Below are positions 17,928-27,716 of a stretch of 64,000 nucleotides of DNA, piece after piece. The stretch comes from Candidatus Sericytochromatia bacterium (GTDB lineage Bacteria > Cyanobacteriota > Sericytochromatia > S15B-MN24 > UBA4093). Under the pieces are notes generated by a model. The model was not told where the DNA came from. It did no database searches and saw nothing but the letters and a program-made list of their open reading frames with translations. The stretch lies in the NCBI GenBank assembly GCA_036676985.1, contig JAKFBU010000039.1, forward strand, positions 64,001 to 128,000, written 5' to 3'. Each line of letters opens with the position of its first letter. Positions within the stretch are counted from its first letter, which is position 1. Position numbers and translations under genes: made by a program.

Positions 17928-18518
17928 ATGACCGAGCTGAACGCCACCAACTGGGACGACCGCTATCGCGAGCGCAACACGCCGTGGGACCTTGGTGGTC
18001 CCACGCCTGTTTTTTTGCGCCTCATCCGCGCGGGGACCATCCCAAAAGGACGCCTCCTGGTGCCCGGAGCGGGACGGGGGTACGACGCGATCGCCTTCGC
18101 CCAGGCGGGTTACGAGGTGACGGCGCTCGATTTCTCCCCTTTGGCGTCGGAGGCGCTGCGAGCGTCGGCGGAGGCCGCGGGCGTGGCCCTGGACGTGCGC
18201 GTGGGGGACTTCTTCGAGGCCGAGGGTGAGTACGACGCGGCCATGGAGTACACCTTCTACTGCGCGATTGCGCCGGAGCTGCGCACGGCGTACCGGGACC
18301 GGATGGCCCGGCTGATCCGGCCGGGCGGGCTCTTGTTCGGGCTGTTCTTTCCGCTGCGGGAAAAGGACCCAGAGGGGCCGCCGTTTAAGGTGAGCATCGA
18401 GGAGATCAAGCGCTCGTTCGGGGAGTGCTTCGAGCTGGTGTGCGAGGAGATGCCGGAGGACTCGATCAAGCCCCGGAAGGGGAACGAGGTCCTGATGATC
18501 TGGCGGAGGAAGGGGTAG
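17928..18518 (+). CDS. Thiopurine/halide S-methyltransferase-like class I methyltransferase
   Basis: WDDRY..TPWD, LVPGAGRGYD, EYTFYCAI and GPPF motifs. Confidence 0.9.
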   Translation: MTELNATNWDDRYRERNTPWDLGGPTPVFLRLIRAGTIPKGRLLVPGAGRGYDAIAFAQAGYEVTALDFSPLASEALRASAEAAGVALDVRVGDFFEAEGEYDAAMEYTFYCAIAPELRTAYRDRMARLIRPGGLLFGLFFPLREKDPEGPPFKVSIEEIKRSFGECFELVCEEMPEDSIKPRKGNEVLMIWRRKG

Positions 18519-18531
18519 CCTTTTTTCTAAG

Positions 18532-18675
18532 GAGACCCCCCCCAGCCCCCCCTCTAGAGGGGGGGTGTAAGGATCATGGGTGGGTGGAAAGCCAGGTGGC
18601 TCCTTTAGATCAGGGATGAGATACCCCCTCTCAAGAGCTTCCCCCCCTCTAGAGGGGGGGCTAGGGGGGGTCCTC
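18532..18675. repeat. REP/MITE-like element with ~34-bp terminal inverted repeats
   Basis: Each arm carries the palindrome ccccccctctagaggggggg; the arms are reverse complements; it lies between convergent genes. Confidence 0.8.
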
Positions 18676-18684
18676 CTTGTTCCA

Positions 18685-19863
18685 CTACCCCAGCGCCGGC
18701 AACTCCTGCAGAAACCGCCGCCCCGTCGACGCCCACGTGAAGTGCGCCTCGATCCACGCCCGGGCGTTCGCTCCCAGCGCCGAGCGCAAGGGCGGCGCCT
18801 CGAAACACCGAACCAGCGCCCCCAGAATCTCTTTCGGCTCGTCGGCCACCAGGTACTCCCGACCGTCCCGGCCCCCGATGGCCTGGGTCGCGATCGTCGA
18901 GGCCACCACCGGCTTGCGCAACGCCATCCCCTCGAGCACCTTGTTCTGCAGCCCCGCCCCGAAGCGGATCGGCGCCACCACCACCTTCGCCTTCTCCAGG
19001 TACTGGTAGGGATCCTCCACGAAGCCCGTCACCACGATCCCCGGCCGCTCCGCGAGCGCCTGGATCTCCCGCGAGGGCTCCGTGCCCACGATGTAGAACT
19101 TGCACCCCGGCACCCGCTCGCGCAGCTTCGGCAAGATGCGATCCGCGATAAAGAGCGCCGCGTCCGTGTTGGGGTGGTAGTTCATCTTGCCGAGAAAGGC
19201 GATCGCGTCCTCTTCGGGCCCCTCGTATGCCGGGCGTGCGATCACGTGCTCCTGGACGCCCACGGGCGTCGTCACCAGCCGCGCGGGATCCGCCCCATGG
19301 TCGAGCAGGTAACGCCGATCGACGTCCGAGACCACGAAGCTCCGCGCATAGCGATTGACCGTCTCGACCTCGTAGCGCAGGAGACGCTCGCGCTCCACGC
19401 CGTAGACGAGCTTCCGAAGGCCCCCGGCCTGCTCCAGGGCCCGCTCGTAGTTGAGCGAGATGGCGTCCACCAGGTCGATCGCCACCGGGACGTCCAGGTC
19501 CCGCAACAGCTCGGCCACCCGCACGTGGCAGCCCACGATGGCCTGGTACTCGTGCTGGTGCGCCACGATCCACGACCGGATCTCGGGGAAGGTGAAGAGG
19601 TGCACCTGCATGGGCGCGGTCGATACCACGCCCCGCAGCCCGTTCAAGGCATAGCGCGCGGTCGAGAACCGGAAGGGTACGAGCCGATCGAAGATCTCCG
19701 CGAGCCCCGCCGTATCCCCCGGCTCGCCCCGATCCTGGTAGAGCAGGTCCACCGTGAAATGCTGGGCGAGGTAGCGGGCGGTGTTGATGAATCGGATGCC
19801 GAACCCCGCCGTCGGCGGGTTGGTGAGCTTGCGGGACGCAACCATGAGGATCCGAGGCTTCAT
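18685..19863 (-). CDS. GT4 glycosyltransferase
   Basis: Starts MKPRIL; FLGKMNYHPN and GAGLQNKVLEGMA motifs. Confidence 0.9.
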   Translation of the reverse strand: MKPRILMVASRKLTNPPTAGFGIRFINTARYLAQHFTVDLLYQDRGEPGDTAGLAEIFDRLVPFRFSTARYALNGLRGVVSTAPMQVHLFTFPEIRSWIVAHQHEYQAIVGCHVRVAELLRDLDVPVAIDLVDAISLNYERALEQAGGLRKLVYGVERERLLRYEVETVNRYARSFVVSDVDRRYLLDHGADPARLVTTPVGVQEHVIARPAYEGPEEDAIAFLGKMNYHPNTDAALFIADRILPKLRERVPGCKFYIVGTEPSREIQALAERPGIVVTGFVEDPYQYLEKAKVVVAPIRFGAGLQNKVLEGMALRKPVVASTIATQAIGGRDGREYLVADEPKEILGALVRCFEAPPLRSALGANARAWIEAHFTWASTGRRFLQELPALG

Positions 19864-19889
19864 GGGCAACCTCCTCGGGCGACAGGCCC

Positions 19890-21020
19890 TCAAGAAAGGG
19901 TGGCGCGCTGCAGCATGCCGGCCGGGCACGTGTCGAGCTGGTCCAGGTAGAGCGCCTCGAAGCGGCTCACCATCTGATCCAGCGTGAAGTGGGCGGAGAC
20001 GTGGATGCGGCCCGCCTGGCCCATGCGCCGGGCCATGACCGGATCCGCGACCAGCTTGTGCAGGGCCTCGCAGAGACGCGCCGGCGAGCGGAGCTCGACC
20101 AGCAGGCCCGTGATGTTGTCCAGCACGATCTCGGGCATGCCTCCCACCGGGGTGGCCACCACGGGCAAGCCCGCCGCCATGGCCTCGGCCACCGACAGCG
20201 GCAAGCCCTCGTCCCAGGACGGCAGGGTGAAGACATCCGCCGCGGCCAACAGGCGATTCACGTCGTTCCGGAAGCCGAGGAAGGAGACGGCCTCCTCGAT
20301 GCCGAGACGGCGGGCCTGCGCCTTGCATTCGGGCAGCGCCTCACCGTCGCCCGCCAGCACCAGTCGGACTTCCGGGCAGCGCCAGCGCACCTGCGCCACG
20401 GCGGTGAGCAGCTCGTTCAGGCCCTTGTCCCGCGTACAGCGCCCCACGTAGATGATGACGGGCGCGTCGGCGGGCAGACCGAGCTCTGCGCGGACCTCGG
20501 CCCGCAGCCCAGCGTCCGGAGGCGACGAGCGGAAGGGAATGCCGTTGTGGATGGTCATGGCCTTGTGGCGGTTCAGGCCATGGCGCACCAGATCCTTCGT
20601 CAGGGCCTCGCTGCAGCCGACGACCCGATCCGAGCCGACGGAGAACATGCGGGCCACGTAGGGCTTCACCCGCTCGTCCCACGACCCATGGGCCGAGGTC
20701 ACCACGGGGACGGCCCGGCTCCAGCAGGCGAGGCTGGCGGCGAGGGCCGTGGTCGGCGAGTTGGCATGTACTACCTGGATCTCGTGGCGCTGGACGAGGT
20801 TCGCGATCTGGCGCGACAGGCCCCAGATGGCCCGGGGCGTCTTGGCCCGGGCAGGACCCGTGACGTGGGTGACGCGGTCGTCGAGCAAGCGGACCAGGTC
20901 GCCGCCCGCCGTCAGGACGACCACCCGATGCCGCCGATGAGCGAGCTCGTTCGAGAGGCGGACGACGAAGTGCTCGGCCCCTCCCATGCTCAGCTGGTTC
21001 GTGATGGCGAGGATGTTCAT
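19890..21020 (-). CDS. GT4 glycosyltransferase
   Basis: GGAE, KG and PSWDEGLPLSVAEAMA (EX7E) motifs. Confidence 0.93.
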   Translation of the reverse strand: MNILAITNQLSMGGAEHFVVRLSNELAHRRHRVVVLTAGGDLVRLLDDRVTHVTGPARAKTPRAIWGLSRQIANLVQRHEIQVVHANSPTTALAASLACWSRAVPVVTSAHGSWDERVKPYVARMFSVGSDRVVGCSEALTKDLVRHGLNRHKAMTIHNGIPFRSSPPDAGLRAEVRAELGLPADAPVIIYVGRCTRDKGLNELLTAVAQVRWRCPEVRLVLAGDGEALPECKAQARRLGIEEAVSFLGFRNDVNRLLAAADVFTLPSWDEGLPLSVAEAMAAGLPVVATPVGGMPEIVLDNITGLLVELRSPARLCEALHKLVADPVMARRMGQAGRIHVSAHFTLDQMVSRFEALYLDQLDTCPAGMLQRATLS

Positions 21021-22189
21021 GCGGGGCTCACCTCCAAGGTCGCTGGGAGGGTCAGAGCGGCGAACAGTCGCTCGTAGGCGCCGATGGTCCGATCGAAGGT
21101 GAAGTCCCGGGCCCGGATCGCCCCGCCATGGCGCAGGCGCTCGGCAAGGGCCGGATCGCCGATCACGCGGCAGATGCCTTCGGCCAGCGCCTTGACGTCC
21201 TCGGGCGGCACGAGCAGGCCGTCCACCTCATGGGTGATGATCTCGCGCGGGCCCTGCGGGCAGTCGAACGACACCACGGGACAGCGCACGGCCATGGCCT
21301 CGACGACGACGGTCGGAAAGGTCTCGACCAGCGACGGCATGACGAAGACGTCCGCCCGTCGAAGCCAGGCGTAGGGGTTGGAGTGAAAGCCGAGGAAGTG
21401 CACGTGCTCGTCGAGACCGAGCTCGGTGGTGAGGCGCCGGAGGTTCTCCGCCTCGGGCCCATCCCCCAGGAAGGCCAACCGGACGGGCATGCGCTCGAGC
21501 ACGTGGGGCAGTGCCTGCAACAGGAGCGCGTACCCCTTGTCGAGCGTGAAGCGACCCACCGCCAGCACGACCGGGCGGCCGTCGTCTTGCCAGGGCGGCG
21601 CAACGGGCTGTGCGGCGCGCTCGGCCACGTCGTCGGGCAAGATGGGGTTGTAGAGCACCTGCACCCGGCGGCGCGAAATCCCGTAGAAGCGCTCGAGATC
21701 CGCCGCCACTCCCAGCGAGACCGCCACCGACGCGTCGGCGAAGCGATAGAGATAGGGCAGTACGCGGCGGACCAGATGGTCGACGGGGCGCCTGCTGAGG
21801 CGGCTGTCGTACCACTCGTGATAGACCAGCGTGTGCTCGGCCAGGACGAGCCGGGCGACGCGGCCGCTCAACGCGTGGGCGATCGCGGCCAGGGCATTGA
21901 GGTAGGAGCGCTGGGAGATGAGCGCGGCGGGTCGCTCGGCCCGCAGGAAGTCCGCAAGCCGGCGTACGCCCTGGGCGAAGTTCGTGATCCCCAGAACGTG
22001 CACCGGCACGTCGGCAGGGAGCTCGGCCAAGAGGGCGCCCTCACGGCGGTTGAGGACCAGCACCGGGGACCACCCGGCCGAGCGCAAGCCCTTGAGGACG
22101 TTCACGACGATCCGCTCGACGCCGCCGATCTCGAGGTGATCGAGGTAAAAGGCGATGCGACGGGGATCCGGAGGAGCGAGGTGGGGCAT
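21017..22189 (-). CDS. GT4 glycosyltransferase
   Basis: GGVER and PSLVETFPTVVVEAMA motifs; start reassigned to ATG 22189. Confidence 0.92.
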   Translation of the reverse strand: MPHLAPPDPRRIAFYLDHLEIGGVERIVVNVLKGLRSAGWSPVLVLNRREGALLAELPADVPVHVLGITNFAQGVRRLADFLRAERPAALISQRSYLNALAAIAHALSGRVARLVLAEHTLVYHEWYDSRLSRRPVDHLVRRVLPYLYRFADASVAVSLGVAADLERFYGISRRRVQVLYNPILPDDVAERAAQPVAPPWQDDGRPVVLAVGRFTLDKGYALLLQALPHVLERMPVRLAFLGDGPEAENLRRLTTELGLDEHVHFLGFHSNPYAWLRRADVFVMPSLVETFPTVVVEAMAVRCPVVSFDCPQGPREIITHEVDGLLVPPEDVKALAEGICRVIGDPALAERLRHGGAIRARDFTFDRTIGAYERLFAALTLPATLEVSPA

Positions 22190-22438
22190 GGGGGGGTACC
22201 TCTGACGGAGCAAGGGGGCAGGTAGGTCGTACTTTACAGCCGGGCAAGCGAGCTTCCCTTGGCACTTTGGCCGAGGCACTCCGTCGGGTCTGCCGAGGGT
22301 TGCGCAACACTCCCGTGACGAAGCGCCGCCTTCGATGCAATACGGCCGTGATACGCTCCACACCATCATTCCAGCGGATCACCCACCCCATGACCGCGCC
22401 GTACCGGCCTTCGCCGGCCTAGAAACGATAGGTCCCCC

Positions 22439-23932
22439 ATGCCCCTGATAGACTGGAAGCGATTGGTTTTCCGGCAGCCCGCAGGAGGCGCCATGTCGCT
22501 CTCGATCGCCCTCGGCCTGGCCGTCGCCGGCTGCGGCTCGGCCCCCATGGCCCTGACTCCCGACGTGTCGGGCGATGCCTCCCTGGGCGCCCAGCCCTGG
22601 CTCGAAGTCCAGCGCCGGCGCCCGACCCCCAAGCCGGCGCCCACGGCCACCCCGGCCCCGACGGCGACCCCGGCGCCCACGCCGAGCCCCACTCCCACGT
22701 CCACGCCCATCCCGACCAGCGGCAGCGTTCTTTACGTCTCGCCCCAGGGCCAGGACGGCAATGCGGGAACGGCCACGAGCCCGCTGCGCACCATCTCGGC
22801 AGCCGCGAGCAAGGCCAAGCCGGGCATGACCATCCTCATCGCAGGCGGCACCTACCGCGAGCAGGTCATCACCAAGGTGGCGGGAGCCGCGGGCCAGGAG
22901 ATCACCTTTAGGAGCTACAACGGCACGGCCGTGATCGACGGCTCGGATCTCGCCTGGACGACCGGTGGTAACCAGAACCAGGGCCTGTTCGAGCTGCGCC
23001 ACTCCTTCGTGCGGCTCGACGGCCTCAAGATCGTCAACTCCAAGAACACGGGCGTGGTGCTCGCGGCCGATAACCTGACGATCCAGGGCTGCGAGATCGC
23101 CAACATCCAGCGCCACGCCATCAGCACCAACACCTCGCGCCAGGTGGCGGCCGGCAGCACGATGATCCGGAACATCACCCTGGACGGCAACGACGTGCAC
23201 AACGCGACCATGGGCGGATCGGGCTCCGGACAGGCCATCAGCCTCATCGCCGACGGCTTCGTCATCCGCGGCAACCGCGTCCACGGCAACGGGGACATCG
23301 GCATCGACGTGTGGCTTGGCTCCAAGCACGGCGAGGTGGTCTCCAACACCGTCTACTCGAACCCCAACTCGTCGGGGATCTACGTGGACGGGGCCTCGGA
23401 CGTCCGGATCCACCGCAACACCGTCTACGCCAACAAGAACGGCATCGGCGTCTCCTCCGAGGACACGCGCTACTCGACGGCGCGCATCTGGGTCTACAAC
23501 AACCTCGTCTACGACCATCCCACCAGCTCCGGCTGCTTCATCTGGGATCCGGACACGGGGGCCAAGGACGTGGTGTTCGCCCACAACACGCTCATCAACA
23601 ACAAGAACGCGTTCTACCTGTCCGGGAGCGGCAACACGGCCGAGATCGCGAACAACCTCGGCTACTCCACGTCCGCGGGGCTCTACGACTCGTCGACGGG
23701 CTCGACCTACCGGAACCACAACAACCTGTGGATGACCTCCGTGACGGGCTTCGTCGCGCCCGACAGCAAGGACTACCGCCTCACCTCGACCTCGCCCGCC
23801 ATCGACAAGGGCTCGAGCCTCGCGCCCTTCCAGGACGACCGGGGGCAAACGTATGCCGTCGACACGGACTTCATCGGCACGCGTCGGCCCGCGGGCGCAG
23901 CCCCCGACCTGGGAGCGTACGAGCGGCTCTAG
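22439..23932 (+). CDS. Right-handed beta-helix (pectate-lyase-like/DUF1565) lipoprotein
   Basis: Lipobox AVAGC, PT linker, YVSPQG.DGN.GT..SPLRTI, Asn-rich ladder repeats, and C-terminal DYRL..SPAIDKG...PDLGAYE. The start may be ATG 22493. Confidence 0.85.
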   Translation: MPLIDWKRLVFRQPAGGAMSLSIALGLAVAGCGSAPMALTPDVSGDASLGAQPWLEVQRRRPTPKPAPTATPAPTATPAPTPSPTPTSTPIPTSGSVLYVSPQGQDGNAGTATSPLRTISAAASKAKPGMTILIAGGTYREQVITKVAGAAGQEITFRSYNGTAVIDGSDLAWTTGGNQNQGLFELRHSFVRLDGLKIVNSKNTGVVLAADNLTIQGCEIANIQRHAISTNTSRQVAAGSTMIRNITLDGNDVHNATMGGSGSGQAISLIADGFVIRGNRVHGNGDIGIDVWLGSKHGEVVSNTVYSNPNSSGIYVDGASDVRIHRNTVYANKNGIGVSSEDTRYSTARIWVYNNLVYDHPTSSGCFIWDPDTGAKDVVFAHNTLINNKNAFYLSGSGNTAEIANNLGYSTSAGLYDSSTGSTYRNHNNLWMTSVTGFVAPDSKDYRLTSTSPAIDKGSSLAPFQDDRGQTYAVDTDFIGTRRPAGAAPDLGAYERL

Positions 23933-24029
23933 AAGGGAGTGGCAGAAGGACTTCGGCTAGGCTCGCCTAGCCGCTAGACCCGGGACCCGGTAGGCTGCAT
24001 GGTGCTCGCCCCTCTTGGGAGAAGCCGCC

Positions 24030-25367
24030 ATGCGTCCCCGGGTCCTGTCCGTTCTGATCGTCCTGTGCGCCATGCCGTTCATGGCCTTCTGCGCCTCTCT
24101 GCCGCCGACCGACCAGGCCCGGTCCCCGCTCGTCCTCGACGGCCTCGAAGCGGGCCCGAGCATCCTCTACGTCTCGGAAGCGGGGAGCGATAGCCATCCC
24201 GGCACCTCTCCCGGGCAGCCCCTGCGCACCCTCGCCGCGGCCGCGGAGCGTGCGGGTGCCGGGACGACCGTCCGCATCGCGGGCGGCACCTACCACGAGC
24301 AGCTCCGGACGGTGCGCGGCGGCGCCCCAGGGCACCCGATCACCTTCGAGAGCTACGGCGGCACGGCCATCCTGGACGGGAGCCGACTTCCCTGGCGGGC
24401 GAAGGAGGACCAGAACCAGGGCCTGGTCGAGCTGCGCCACTCCAACGTGCGGCTCGAAGGTCTCAAGATCGGCAACTCCAAGAACACGGGCGTGGTGCTC
24501 GCGGCCGATAACCTGACGATCCGGGGCTGCGAGATCGCCAACCTCCAGCGCCACGCCATCAGCACCGACACCTCGCGCCAGGTAGCGGCGGGCGGCACGC
24601 TGATCCGGAACATCACCCTGGAGGGCAACGACATCCACGACGCGACCCTGGCAGGCTCCGGCTACGGGCAGGCCATCAGCCTCATCGCGGAGGACTTCGT
24701 CATCCAAGGCAACCGGGTGTACGACAACCGGGACATCGGGATCGACGTGTGGCTCGGTGCGCGCCATGGCGAGGTGACGGGCAACGAGGTCCACGGCAAC
24801 GGCTCGACCGGGATCTACGTGGACGGGGCGGCCTACGTGCGGATCCACGGCAACGCCGTGCATGACAACCGGCATGGCATCATCCTCTCCTCCGAGGACA
24901 AGCGCTACCGGACCCACCACGTGTGGGTCTACAACAACGTGGTCCACGACCACCGCTCGGGCAACGGGTGCGGAACCTGGGACCCGGACACCGGGGTCCA
25001 GGACGCTGTCTTCGCCCACAACACGCTCGTCGACAACCAGCGCTCGTTCTACCTGTCGGGCGCCGACAACACCGTCGAGATCGCGAACAACCTGGGCTTC
25101 GCCCTGCAGGACGACCTGATCGACCGGACGTCGGTCTCGGCGATCAGCCGCCACTCCAACGTGTGGCTCCCGCACCTCGCGGGCTTCCGGTCGGTCTCGG
25201 GGCGCGACTTCCGGCTCACGCCGGGCTCGGCGGCCATCGATCGGGGCCAGCCGCTCGCCGCCTTCCGGGACGACCGAGGCCGGACCTTCGCGATCGCAAC
25301 GGACGTCGCCGGCACGCCCCGGCGCTCCCGGCAGGCTCCTGACGCGGGGGCGTACGAGCTGCCCTGA
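24030..25367 (+). CDS. Right-handed beta-helix protein, paralogue of 22439-23932
   Basis: Same architecture with long identical peptide stretches. Confidence 0.85.
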   Translation: MRPRVLSVLIVLCAMPFMAFCASLPPTDQARSPLVLDGLEAGPSILYVSEAGSDSHPGTSPGQPLRTLAAAAERAGAGTTVRIAGGTYHEQLRTVRGGAPGHPITFESYGGTAILDGSRLPWRAKEDQNQGLVELRHSNVRLEGLKIGNSKNTGVVLAADNLTIRGCEIANLQRHAISTDTSRQVAAGGTLIRNITLEGNDIHDATLAGSGYGQAISLIAEDFVIQGNRVYDNRDIGIDVWLGARHGEVTGNEVHGNGSTGIYVDGAAYVRIHGNAVHDNRHGIILSSEDKRYRTHHVWVYNNVVHDHRSGNGCGTWDPDTGVQDAVFAHNTLVDNQRSFYLSGADNTVEIANNLGFALQDDLIDRTSVSAISRHSNVWLPHLAGFRSVSGRDFRLTPGSAAIDRGQPLAAFRDDRGRTFAIATDVAGTPRRSRQAPDAGAYELP

Positions 25368-25527
25368 GGTCCGCTCCGGCGCGTTCGCCCGCCGGATCCG
25401 CATGTTCACGGGCCGTATGGACTGATAATTACTTGTCGTTAGCTAAACCATAACCTGAACATAACCGACTTCTCGTTCGCATGCGGGATAACTGTCATGA
25501 CCCCATGCGTGATCCAGGAGTTAGTGA

Positions 25528-26325
25528 ATGATGTTCAAGCGTTTGGCCTCGGCCCTTCTGATAACGACCATGTTCCTGGCCGGCTGCGGCAGCAGCCCGC
25601 TCATTCCGACGGCGAGCCAGAAGACCGCCGCGCGTCCGATCTCCCAGAGCTCGGGCGGCTCGTATGCCCTCATGCCCGTCGCCCAGGGCGCGCCCAATCA
25701 GTCGTCGAGCGCCGGACTCAAGGCCTCCGCGGTCCGCGTCCTCGGGATGGTCGACCTCTCGGAGGACGAGATCGCCGAGGATGCCGACGAGACCTACGGC
25801 ATCCAGGCCAACGACAAGCCCAAGGGCTACAGCGGCCTCCTGCGCCGCACCGAGTCGAGCTTCACCATGGAGCACACCACGGGCTTCTTCAAGAAGACCA
25901 AGAAGCTCTACACGATCCAGCCCCTCAACAACGACGTCGCCGCCTCGCTGCAGGGCCAGGAGAACCGCAAGGTGCTCATCAAGGCCGTCGCGCAGGGCAA
26001 CAACACCCTCGTGGTCCACTCGGTGAAGCGGTTCGTGGATCTGGGCTTCCTCTTCAACTGGTACACCAAGGCCAAGATCGCCGGCACCGTGAAGGACATC
26101 CAGGGCAAGGCGCTCTCGGGTGTGATCGTCCGGGCCAAGAGCACCGAGGGCTTCCTGTTCACGGCCACGACCGAGGCCGACGGCGAGTTCGCGTTCAAGA
26201 ACGTCACGCCGGGCACCTACTCCGTCAGCTTCGTCAAGGACGGCTACCTGTCCGCCACGTCGAACGTCTTGACCAACAAGCGCAAGACGACCAGCGTCGA
26301 GGCCACGCTCGTTCCGACGAACTAA
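25528..26325 (+). CDS. Lipoprotein with C-terminal carboxypeptidase-regulatory-like (transthyretin-like) domain
   Basis: Lipobox FLAGC; IAGTVKD..GKALSGVIV...TTEADGEFAFKNVTPGTYSV. Confidence 0.8.
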   Translation: MMFKRLASALLITTMFLAGCGSSPLIPTASQKTAARPISQSSGGSYALMPVAQGAPNQSSSAGLKASAVRVLGMVDLSEDEIAEDADETYGIQANDKPKGYSGLLRRTESSFTMEHTTGFFKKTKKLYTIQPLNNDVAASLQGQENRKVLIKAVAQGNNTLVVHSVKRFVDLGFLFNWYTKAKIAGTVKDIQGKALSGVIVRAKSTEGFLFTATTEADGEFAFKNVTPGTYSVSFVKDGYLSATSNVLTNKRKTTSVEATLVPTN

Positions 26326-26338
26326 CCCCCGTCACCCG

Positions 26339-26373
26339 AGGCCCCCGGCGAATCGCCAGGGGCCTTCGCTTTT
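26339..26373 (+). terminator. Rho-independent terminator
   Basis: aggcccccggcg-aat-cgccaggggcct followed by tcgctttt; between convergent genes. Confidence 0.6.
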
Positions 26374-26395
26374 GTCAGTGAGCTTGCCTCTGAGG

Positions 26396-27529
26396 CTACC
26401 GGACAGGCGCAGAGGCCTGTCCCACCGTGACTACCGGCGCGGCCACGAGCTCGCGGTACATGGCCATGTGGCGCTGGGCGATGATGGGCCAGCCGATGGT
26501 CGATTCCACCAGGCGCTTGCCCGCCTCACCCAGGGTTTGCCGGAGCCCCGGGTCGCACCAGAGACGCTCGATGGCCTCCGCCAGGGCCACCTCGTCGCTG
26601 GGCGGGACGAGGATCCCCGCCTCACCATGGGCCACCGCCTCCGGCAGACCGCCGACGGTGGTGACGACGGCGGGCTTTCCGAAGGCGAAGGCGATCGCGA
26701 GCACGCCGGATTGCGACGCCTCCGTGTACGGCAACACGACCAGGCGCGCGCGCTGGAAGAGGTCGGCCACCTCCTCGTCGGCCAAGAAGCGGTTGATGAG
26801 CGTCACGCGCCCCGACGGCCCGATCTCCTCTTCGAAGAACGAAGGATCCCCTTCGCCGGCCACGACGACCCGGTAGCCGGTGAGGCGATCCGCCAGGAGG
26901 CGCTCGGCTCGGCACAGGACCTCGATGCCCTTGTACTTCACCACCCGGCCGAAGAAGAGGATGAGCGGCTCCTCCGGCACGTCGGGGGCATGGCGCCGCA
27001 AGAACCCGTAGTCCCCGTGCGGGATCACGGCGACCCGGTCTTTGGGGTAGCCTCGCTCGACGAGCACCTCGCGCAGGCGCTCGGCATGCACCACGATGCG
27101 ATCGCACCGCCCGGCCGTCCACCGGGTGAGGCGCGCCTTGAGCCACGCCTCCTCGCCCGGGTGCTGGGTGGCGTCGTGCTGCGTGAACACCACCTTGAGG
27201 TCGCCCAGCATGGCGGCCAGCACGCTGTTGGACGGATGATCCGTCACCAGGTGGACCACGTCCGGACGGATCGCGCGGATCATGCGCGCATTCCGGGCGT
27301 GCCGGAAGGGGTTCGCCTGGGTGGCGACCGAGCGCCAGCCCTGGCCGGGGAAGCTGAGCGGCAGCGTCGCATGACGCTCGATCCCGGGCGCGAGGTAGCC
27401 GTCCAGGGAGGCGGGATCCGGCGTGAAGCAGTGCACCTCGGCGTGGGCGGCGACGGCGTTGGCGAGCTGCGAGGCATAGTGCAGCATGCCGCCGCGCGGG
27501 CAGGACAGGGCGACGATGGCGACGCGCAT
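26396..27529 (-). CDS. GT4 glycosyltransferase
   Basis: FFGRVVKYKG and LPYTEASQSGV motifs. Confidence 0.92.
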   Translation of the reverse strand: MRVAIVALSCPRGGMLHYASQLANAVAAHAEVHCFTPDPASLDGYLAPGIERHATLPLSFPGQGWRSVATQANPFRHARNARMIRAIRPDVVHLVTDHPSNSVLAAMLGDLKVVFTQHDATQHPGEEAWLKARLTRWTAGRCDRIVVHAERLREVLVERGYPKDRVAVIPHGDYGFLRRHAPDVPEEPLILFFGRVVKYKGIEVLCRAERLLADRLTGYRVVVAGEGDPSFFEEEIGPSGRVTLINRFLADEEVADLFQRARLVVLPYTEASQSGVLAIAFAFGKPAVVTTVGGLPEAVAHGEAGILVPPSDEVALAEAIERLWCDPGLRQTLGEAGKRLVESTIGWPIIAQRHMAMYRELVAAPVVTVGQASAPVR

Positions 27530-27716
27530 GGGGACCTCCTCTCCATGGAGCGGGCAAGCGAACCGACCCTCACCTTACGCGCGCCGGGACGGCGCATTCC
27601 TGCCTGCCCGGTCGGGATTTTTCGGCCGCATCGCACAAGTACCGCTCAGGCTTCCTTGCTTAGGATGCGAAAGCCCCACCCACCGTGTCCCCAACGCAGC
27701 AAGGGTGAACCCACAC

